32,005 bases of DNA from an uncultured virus (IMG/VR IMGVR_UViG_3300013936_000020) (taxonomy: Duplodnaviria; Heunggongvirae; Uroviricota; Caudoviricetes). The notes beneath the pieces are model-generated. The model made no database searches, had not been told where the DNA came from, and saw nothing but the letters and a program-made list of their open reading frames with translations. Of this stretch, positions 25,747-32,005 are shown one piece after another (within the stretch, counting starts at the first letter, position 1; each line of letters starts with the position of its first letter). Made by a program: the position numbers and the translations under genes. Where the stretch lies: the IMG/VR virus record IMGVR_UViG_3300013936_000020; one strand, given 5' to 3'.

Positions 25747-25795
25747 AAAAAGCGTTAAAAATCAATAAGTTATGATTTTTAGCGCTTTTTTCTTT
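25747..25795 (+). terminator. Terminator for the tRNA reconstituted on integration
   Basis: AAAAAGCGTTAAAAATCA / TGATTTTTAGCGCTTTTT plus T-run. Confidence 0.7.
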
Positions 25796-25924
25796 AACAA
25801 TATATTCCATCTCTACAGCCTATTTTAACAACAAATTAACAGGTTTTGATGGGTATTGAGGGGTGTATTTGTGGGTAAATGTGTGAGTAAAGCGTGAGTA
25901 CTTACAAAAAAGTGTGAGTAAACT

Positions 25925-27133
25925 ATGAACAGTATCAAGACTTACGTAGAGAGCAAGACGATGTATGTGTATTTCATCGTATCTTACAACAAGAAGAGAT
26001 TCCAGGTCTTCACTGGCTTGAAGAGTACTGAGAAATTTGATGGACTTGTTTTTCCTCAGTCCGTCCCGAACCATCGTGTCAAGACTTTTAGACTAACAAA
26101 GTTGTATTCCGAGGTGGAGGAATACCTTATTGGCCACGACGGAGAGCCGACTAACTTAATGAAGGAGCACATCAAGTCCATAATCAACGGAGGCGAGGTC
26201 GAGGTTGAAAAGAACATCCTCTACTACATAGACGAATATATCAAGACAAAGCCGAAGGAGAGTACCAAGCAAGTCTTTCTGACCACAAAGAAAAGAATCG
26301 AGAGTTTCGACGGACATGCCACTTTCGACACCATAGACAGAGACTGGCTTGAGAGATTCCAGGCACACGAGATATTGAAAGGACGCCTTATCAACGGAAT
26401 CGGCATCGACCTAAGAAACATACGGACTGTGTTCAACTGGGCCATAGACAATGAAATTACCGCCAAATATCCATTCAGAAAGTTCTCCATCAAGACAGAG
26501 CGTCAGCAATATCTGTACTTGAACGCAGATGAGATGAGAGAATACAGGGATTTTCCTGTCGAACCTTTTATGGAGAAGTACCGAGACTTGTTTATGTTAG
26601 GGTTCTATCTGATAGGAATAAACCTATCAGACTTATTGGAGCTTCCAGCCGATTGCATCAAGCATGGACGAATACAATACAAGCGGAACAAGACCGGACG
26701 CTTGTATGACATCAAGGTGGAGCCAGAGGCGATGGAGATAATCAAGAAGTACAAAGGCAAGGAGCACCTGCTGAACATTCTTGACGGCGGACAGACCAAA
26801 GAATCAAGTTTCAGAAGAACACTTGGGGATTACTTAAAGCGCATTGGACCAACTACTATGAAGAAAAATAAAAAGGGAGCGTTGATCAAGAAAGCAATCA
26901 CACCACTCCACAAGGATATTGTTTGGTACACTGCGAGAAGAAGCTGGGCCACGATAGCTGCGAGCCTTGACATTCCAAAAGAGACCATAGGCAAAGCCCT
27001 TGGTCATAGCGAGTGGGATTCAAGTACGACTGACCTCTACATCCAGTTCGACAACAAAAAAATAGACGATGCCAACCGTAAGGTGATAGATTACCTCAAC
27101 TCAGACAAAAAAGAAAGCCCTGCCACCGACTAA
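25925..27133 (+). CDS. int: Tyrosine integrase (Bacteroidetes type)
   Basis: YKRNKT, YTARRSWAT, LGHS, TTDLYI; SAM-like core-binding region; adjacent attP. Confidence 0.93.
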   Translation: MNSIKTYVESKTMYVYFIVSYNKKRFQVFTGLKSTEKFDGLVFPQSVPNHRVKTFRLTKLYSEVEEYLIGHDGEPTNLMKEHIKSIINGGEVEVEKNILYYIDEYIKTKPKESTKQVFLTTKKRIESFDGHATFDTIDRDWLERFQAHEILKGRLINGIGIDLRNIRTVFNWAIDNEITAKYPFRKFSIKTERQQYLYLNADEMREYRDFPVEPFMEKYRDLFMLGFYLIGINLSDLLELPADCIKHGRIQYKRNKTGRLYDIKVEPEAMEIIKKYKGKEHLLNILDGGQTKESSFRRTLGDYLKRIGPTTMKKNKKGALIKKAITPLHKDIVWYTARRSWATIAASLDIPKETIGKALGHSEWDSSTTDLYIQFDNKKIDDANRKVIDYLNSDKKESPATD

Positions 27134-27145
27134 GGGCGACAGGGC
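27107..27145 (-). terminator. Intrinsic terminator overlapping the int 3' end
   Basis: GCCCTGTCGCC-loop-GGTGGCAGGGC-TTTCTTTTTT on the - strand. Confidence 0.75.
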
Positions 27146-27190
27146 AATCAATGTATAGAGGTTGTTCTTGAATGAAAAATAATTCGCTTG

Positions 27191-27222
27191 CAAAGATAGC
27201 GAAAATTTTCCTATTTTGCAAG
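27191..27222 (-). promoter_or_regulatory. Leftward promoter facing the int 3' end
   Basis: CTTG-N20-TATCTTTG on the - strand, inside inverted repeat 27185-27224. Confidence 0.55.
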
Positions 27223-27228
27223 CGTTTT

Positions 27229-27642
27229 CTATTTTTTTTTGCGGAGCTCGATTTTCTTTTCCATCTTCTCGATTTTGGACTCCAGGACCTTTCTTCTTTC
27301 GAGGTACTTGCCGACGGATATTTGCTTCTTGCAGAGACGCACGTCGTTCTGTGCGAGCAGCCATTTAAGGTGATAGTAGATTGCCGAGTCCTCTATATCG
27401 TACAAACCCTGCTTGTATATGTCACATTCTTTCGCGTAAGAAACAACAATATCCTCCATCAACTCGATGCGCTTGTTTTTTATCGCAGTGCTAATACAGA
27501 ACAATACTATCGCCAAACAACACAAACTTTCTTGGTACTCCCCAATGCGAGCGGAAGCGACGGCGAGCGCAAGGAATGCGACAGCCATTACCGTATAGGA
27601 CGTGAACCACTCTTTCAACCACTTCTTAATCTTTTCTTTCAT
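27229..27642 (-). CDS. Membrane-anchored coiled-coil protein
   Basis: Two N-terminal TM segments. Confidence 0.65.
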   Translation of the reverse strand: MKEKIKKWLKEWFTSYTVMAVAFLALAVASARIGEYQESLCCLAIVLFCISTAIKNKRIELMEDIVVSYAKECDIYKQGLYDIEDSAIYYHLKWLLAQNDVRLCKKQISVGKYLERRKVLESKIEKMEKKIELRKKK

Positions 27643-28564
27643 ATTCTTTTTCTGTTAAGTGTTTGTTCAATCTGATGTAGTACTCCTCCAGGCTCTCCTC
27701 ACTTTTCTTGAAGATAAGGTTGCGCTCTTCCAGTAAGTCAGAAAGCTCGTAGTAAGTTTTGTTGCCGAAGTTACGAATATTCTTCAAGTCATTCATACAA
27801 GTGTACCTTGTAAGCAAGTCCTCGAATGTATCAATATCCCAAGACTTTAGGCAATTCAGACAGCGGACTGATAGGTCGCAATCAATGAAGCGAGTGGAGA
27901 GTATCTTTGGTGGAAAGACAATATCGCTTATCTGTTTCTCGCCGTGCTCGACACGGAATGTATCGTAGTCCTTCTGTAACGCCTTGATTGCTGATTTCAG
28001 AGACTCGACCTCTTCTTTCAATTCCTTGTTGGTCTTGATGTCCTGTCTTATCTCTTTTGTTTGTGTGTAGAACTTTTGGCAAGCCTTTCTGATTATCTGT
28101 CTGCATCGTTCTGGAGTTAAGCAGTACTCTTCAGACAACTCCAGTAAGGACTTATTTCCATCATTCAGAAACGCCATCAAGAGTTTGTATTCCCTTGCCT
28201 TTAAGTACGGAACAAGGCTTGCCTCGTAGAGGGCTGTAATCATATATTCCACGTCCTCGTTGCAAGCTCTGTAGTTATGCTTGAAGAAGAGTGCCTTACG
28301 TATCTCCGCCAGCTCATTGTTTGCTTGTTCCTTGGCAGCTTTTATCTCTGCCAGCTTCTTGTCAAGCATTTCCTCGCTGACGGTGATAAACTTGTACTTC
28401 TTTGCGTATCGCTCGATGTCCTCGGCATTGACGTAGGTGTTGCCCTTCTCGTCCTTGAAGCCACCAAGTAAGCCATCCTTGATGTAATTCGAGATAGTTT
28501 GTCTTGACACGCCAAGGATTTCAGCAGCCTTGTTTCTTGTTATTCTTTTATCCATATCATTCAC
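27626..28564 (-). CDS. HTH + sigma-region-4-like + RNA polymerase alpha-CTD-like fusion protein
   Basis: ITRNKAAEILGVSRQTISNY; LLELSEEYCLTPERCRQI; LSVRCLNCLKS..I.T..DL..LKNIRNFGNKT. Confidence 0.8.
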   Translation of the reverse strand: MNDMDKRITRNKAAEILGVSRQTISNYIKDGLLGGFKDEKGNTYVNAEDIERYAKKYKFITVSEEMLDKKLAEIKAAKEQANNELAEIRKALFFKHNYRACNEDVEYMITALYEASLVPYLKAREYKLLMAFLNDGNKSLLELSEEYCLTPERCRQIIRKACQKFYTQTKEIRQDIKTNKELKEEVESLKSAIKALQKDYDTFRVEHGEKQISDIVFPPKILSTRFIDCDLSVRCLNCLKSWDIDTFEDLLTRYTCMNDLKNIRNFGNKTYYELSDLLEERNLIFKKSEESLEEYYIRLNKHLTEKEYERKD

Positions 28565-28826
28565 TGATTAATTTTTCTATTAACTCCACCCCACCTTTAC
28601 CGAACTTAGCCAAGACTACATCTTTGTAGCTCGTTCCGTCCGCTCGGCACTCGGCAGGGTATTTACTTTCGAGCCAGTCGCAGAACTTGACAACATCGAA
28701 CATCAACGCTCGGCATACGATGAGCATCTTTGCATCCATATACTTTTGCAGGTCTTGCCCGAAGATGTCGCTGAACCGTCTCTTTAGGGAAGGAAACTCA
28801 CTTACTGTAATCATAAGGAATACCAT
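28557..28826 (-). CDS. Hypothetical protein
   Basis: FDVVKFCDWL..SYKDVVLAKFG; overlaps neighbours. Confidence 0.6.
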   Translation of the reverse strand: MVFLMITVSEFPSLKRRFSDIFGQDLQKYMDAKMLIVCRALMFDVVKFCDWLESKYPAECRADGTSYKDVVLAKFGKGGVELIEKLISE

Positions 28827-29124
28827 TAATGGATTTGATGTTGTACTGATAGACAGCCTCGTTGTCCTGTTTCTTCAACGGTGTTCCATCCTTCTTTAGC
28901 TTTACTCCTTTGTAGGCGCAACAAGATGTTGTTCTCTTGTAGTCATATCCACAGCGGACGAAACATAGCTTCTCGACCCTCATTTTGCACTTGTGGTCTT
29001 CGATAATATCCCCGACCTTGACAGGGCTGTTGGTAATGGCATACGCCTTGTCAATGGCTCTCATTTTGCCCTCGTGCCGTTTCTCCTCTTCTTCGTGGAG
29101 TGCGATAAACTCTTCCTTAGTCAT
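28798..29124 (-). CDS. Hypothetical phage protein
   Basis: NSPVKVGDIIED..LKKDGTP pattern. Confidence 0.65.
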   Translation of the reverse strand: MTKEEFIALHEEEEKRHEGKMRAIDKAYAITNSPVKVGDIIEDHKCKMRVEKLCFVRCGYDYKRTTSCCAYKGVKLKKDGTPLKKQDNEAVYQYNIKSINGIPYDYSK

Positions 29125-29253
29125 TGTTAGACACCTCCTTTCTTCTGGCTTCCATCTGCTGGATGATGTTGTCGATGGTCTTTCCTGGGTAGTCAGTGGC
29201 TACCTCCTTCAATACCGCAATCTGTGCGGTCAGTCTCAAATTGTCTGCTGGTC

Positions 29254-29451
29254 TCATTTTTCTTTCTTGATTAATTGTTTGTTGTTGTGGCCGACCATCT
29301 TGCAGCTAACCTCGGCAAGCATTCCTGCAACGAGGTTTATGTTTGATGGTACGGTCATATCCAGTCTTTTTCCGTTCTGTGAGCAACCTATTGTGATGCC
29401 CACACCTTGCTCGGCTCGTATCTTGATGTTTGTAATCATAGCTTGCCCCAC
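29254..29451 (-). CDS. Hypothetical protein
   Basis: Operon orientation only. Confidence 0.45.
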   Translation of the reverse strand: MGQAMITNIKIRAEQGVGITIGCSQNGKRLDMTVPSNINLVAGMLAEVSCKMVGHNNKQLIKKEK

Positions 29452-29601
29452 TTATACCCAAGCTGTGCGGCTATATACATAAAGTCATACAGCTTTGTTG
29501 CGCTTGGGTGGATGCCACTTTCCACGAACCCATTCTTGACAGTGTAATATCGCTTGGTCTTATAGAGGGTGTCCTCCAGCCAATATGTTCCATCTTCCAT
29601 A

Positions 29602-30039
29602 CTACTCTATCACTCCTTCCTCGTAAAAGTTGCACATACCGACTACCACCGTTCCTTCTTGCTCTGGGTATGTAACATCGGCAAGAACGTAATGGGTATC
29701 TATCCACACCGAAGACAATCTTTCACTATCATCGACACCTTTCGGGTCAATTCGGAAATTCTTCCAATATTCAACACCTAAGTTTGTGTTCTCTCTGAAT
29801 GAATCCGCAATATCCTTCAGGTCGAACACCTTCTTGCAGGTCTGCATACTCTCTTGTAGTCCGCCACGATGTTCACGAAAATACCTCACAAGGCTTTTCT
29901 TGCGCAATTTTTCTTCGATAGTTTTTATCACTTGTTCATCTACTAAATCAAAATTCTGCGCATAAACTCTGGCATATTGAACGCATTGCAAAATTACATC
30001 TATCTCGTCTTGATAGAACTTAACTGTTATTTCTTCCAT
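29602..30039 (-). CDS. Hypothetical protein
   Basis: FREHRGGLQESM motif; A-rich leader. Confidence 0.65.
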   Translation of the reverse strand: MEEITVKFYQDEIDVILQCVQYARVYAQNFDLVDEQVIKTIEEKLRKKSLVRYFREHRGGLQESMQTCKKVFDLKDIADSFRENTNLGVEYWKNFRIDPKGVDDSERLSSVWIDTHYVLADVTYPEQEGTVVVGMCNFYEEGVIE

Positions 30040-30060
30040 AACTATTATTTTTAGTTTAAC

Positions 30061-30405
30061 TTATGATACTGTGCTTGCGTACTCGTAGTGTGCCACTAAG
30101 ACGTAACCACCATATAGCTTACCTATTTTTACCTCATTAAGGTAAAACATAATATCGCCATCTTCTTTGTATGGTACAAGAGGACTTTTGTCTATCTTTC
30201 CATCCTTTCTGTACCTATCGCCAACTATCTGTGATAGTATCTGTGTGAAGACTTCAACATCACCTTCTTTATCGAAGCAGTGTCTGAAATCCTCCTCGTT
30301 ATCTATCTTGACGATAATACCCAACGGCTCACGTACCACAGGTACAGGGGATAATTGTTCTTTCTTGAATCCAGCGAATAGGTCTGGTATCTCTAATTCT
30401 TCCAT
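30061..30405 (-). CDS. Hypothetical protein
   Basis: 114 aa in operon orientation. Confidence 0.6.
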   Translation of the reverse strand: MEELEIPDLFAGFKKEQLSPVPVVREPLGIIVKIDNEEDFRHCFDKEGDVEVFTQILSQIVGDRYRKDGKIDKSPLVPYKEDGDIMFYLNEVKIGKLYGGYVLVAHYEYASTVS

Positions 30406-30413
30406 ATCTCAAT

Positions 30414-31139
30414 CTAACTTAAAGTGAATAATCTTTCTGTTGCCTTCTTTGTTATGGTCTGGTGCATAGAGTTGGTAATCTCCTTTTCCCAAACGCATCT
30501 GAACTCGGAAGGCATTTGGTATTCGCTGACAAATACCTTGTGTCCCTTGCTTGCCATTTCGATGCACCAAGCATAAAACTTGTCGTAGTCGAAATGTCGG
30601 CAGTCACCGTATTGCTTCGTGTTCTTGTAAGCAATATCGCAATACACGATACTCTTGTCGGGTATCTCCAACTCGTCATAGCTGCCAGCGTGAAACTCCA
30701 CCCCCCCACATAGAGGAACGTCATTCTTGACGTTTGCAATATTCTCTGCAATATAATCTCTCGCCTTTCCGTTGCTTCCTATAACGTGATGACCGCTATA
30801 CCCACCATCGAAGAAGCGACCGTTGAATGAAGCCATAAAGCCAATCCAGCCCACATCTGCATCGGGAATGCTCGTTATCTTTCCGTGGTAGCAGTCCCTT
30901 GCCAAGTTATACAAGTCCCTGTCTATCTTGTGAGGGAACTCTGCACCCAACTGGAGCATCTTCCACATCGCAATCAGGTATTTGTTCTTGTCGTTGGCTA
31001 TTCTTCTGTAGCTTGTCGGTACATGGGTAATCACGTTGCAGCCACCGCAGAATGCATCCACGAACGTACTGTGTTCCTTGTCGAGCATAATCGGGAGTAT
31101 ATCACCGACTATGCGACGCTTGCTGCCCATATATTTCAT
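30414..31139 (-). CDS. DNA adenine methyltransferase (D12/Dam-like) with variant catalytic motif
   Basis: YMGSK, FVDAFCGG (SAM binding), VYCDIAY, VFVSEY. Confidence 0.85.
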   Translation of the reverse strand: MKYMGSKRRIVGDILPIMLDKEHSTFVDAFCGGCNVITHVPTSYRRIANDKNKYLIAMWKMLQLGAEFPHKIDRDLYNLARDCYHGKITSIPDADVGWIGFMASFNGRFFDGGYSGHHVIGSNGKARDYIAENIANVKNDVPLCGGVEFHAGSYDELEIPDKSIVYCDIAYKNTKQYGDCRHFDYDKFYAWCIEMASKGHKVFVSEYQMPSEFRCVWEKEITNSMHQTITKKATERLFTLS

Positions 31140-31170
31140 TGTCTTAATAATTTAATTGTTTCAAAAACAA

Positions 31171-31201
31171 GCCTTCTCTATTCTCACGAACCAAGAAAGG
31201 C
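31171..31201 (-). terminator. GUGA-loop hairpin with T-rich tail after the KilA-N gene
   Basis: GCCTTTCTTGGTTC-GTGA-GAATAGAGAAGGC-TTGTTTTT. Confidence 0.6.
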
Positions 31202-31225
31202 AAACTTAATTATATGATTACAAAA

Positions 31226-31882
31226 CTATTTCTTTTGTAACACTGATGGTAAATATTTCTCACTATACTTCTTTCTTAAATATTCAATTACTTGGTCGTA
31301 TGAGTGAATAAAACCATCGTTGATAAGCATAGCAACCTGACGTTCCATGTTGAATAACTCGTATTGCTTGCTCTCTTCACCTTGTTTATTGCGCATTTCG
31401 TGTTCGTGCTGACCGAACACTACGTAATTGATAGCCTGTGCTATTTTGCACATAGCCACAGGCATAAACTTCTTGCTTACTATCTTTTGCACTGCTGCAC
31501 CAAGCTCCCTATATGCGTCCCCTGCATCGTTTCTGTACTTCAACATCTGGTCGTACACAAACTTGATAACCTGCACCTCGAAACGAGGATTGAGCCACAT
31601 AGCAAACTTAACAAACAATATCGGGTGCATCCAAGTACCACCATTATTACCACGAGTTTTCAAATACGCAGAATTTTGCGTATTTAAATTTTCCTCTTCC
31701 ATCAAGGCAGAAATAAATTCCTTGGTATTGTCGTTATCAAAGAATTTGGTAATCTCCTTCTTCTCTCCACTTGCATCATTCCATTGTTTGAGCAAGTTTG
31801 TAGCATTGAACATACTATCCTTCGTTCTCTGCTCGACCAAAAAGTTACCCATTGGTCTCTTCATTACTTGGTTTGTAACCAT
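31226..31882 (-). CDS. KilA-N domain protein, paralog of 23700-24362
   Basis: QRTKDSMFNATNL..RGNNGGTWMHPILFVKFAMWLNP.F. Confidence 0.9.
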   Translation of the reverse strand: MVTNQVMKRPMGNFLVEQRTKDSMFNATNLLKQWNDASGEKKEITKFFDNDNTKEFISALMEEENLNTQNSAYLKTRGNNGGTWMHPILFVKFAMWLNPRFEVQVIKFVYDQMLKYRNDAGDAYRELGAAVQKIVSKKFMPVAMCKIAQAINYVVFGQHEHEMRNKQGEESKQYELFNMERQVAMLINDGFIHSYDQVIEYLRKKYSEKYLPSVLQKK

Positions 31883-32005
31883 ACTCTCAAAGTTAAAATT
31901 AATAATCTACATAACACCTCTATACCCATAAGAATAAATGGGATAGCCAAGCGAGCCGAACCTTAAATTATTATCAACTACAATATATACTCTATACCAT
32001 AGTGG

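Larger units (their letters stand above)
25618..25922. repeat. Integrase arm-type direct repeats (TGTGAGTAAA)
   Basis: Copies at 25618, 25630, 25870, 25882, 25893 and 25913, flanking the att core. Confidence 0.75.

Noticed and set aside
25618..25922. Mini-CRISPR array
   Set aside because: Repeats are only ~10 bp, lack regular spacers, and flank an att core as arm sites do.
27185..27224. Invertible promoter (also considered at 5582-5628)
   Set aside because: The repeats overlap the promoter elements and are imperfect, rather than flanking an invertible segment; no dedicated invertase is seen.
27172..27675. 167-aa + strand ORF and other antisense ORFs in the track
   Set aside because: Shadows of better-supported, tightly tiled genes on the opposite strand.
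1..32005. Stop-codon reassignment (TAG/TGA), as in some gut phages
   Set aside because: Genes tile densely in the standard code, several end cleanly at TAG or TGA, and there is no suppressor tRNA.

Overview
A 32-kb segment of a temperate Bacteroidales (Prevotella-like) phage in its non-integrated configuration. An intact attP (3' half of tRNA-Gly(CCC) flanked by arm-type repeats) lies beside a tyrosine integrase, with phage genes on both sides. The + strand left arm carries tail-accessory and membrane genes, an uncharacterised six-gene cassette (2244-5562) and a holin/GH108 endolysin/spanin-like lysis module. A ~17-kb leftward early operon (24613-7307) encodes a Cro-position gene, KilA-N, an excisionase-like HTH, a 1.2-kb ncRNA cluster, RecT/exonuclease/SSB/NinB-like and replication genes, many small ORFs (including a Tad2-like DUF2829), YopX and dUTPase. 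It is followed by an XRE repressor with three 17-bp operators, attP/int, and a second leftward block (alphaCTD-fusion protein, adenine methylase, second KilA-N). Highlights: (1) recT is split by a 930-nt group I intron whose GIY-YIG ORF has no stop and reads in frame into recT exon 2. (2) Two non-canonical tRNA-like RNAs sharing an unusual 8-bp acceptor stem lie between two real tRNAs. (3) A recurrent GUGA-tetraloop hairpin with a conserved G.U pair occurs five times, alongside a boxA. (4) The regulated cassette of unknown function upstream of lysis. All family assignments are motif recognition by eye; no searches were run.
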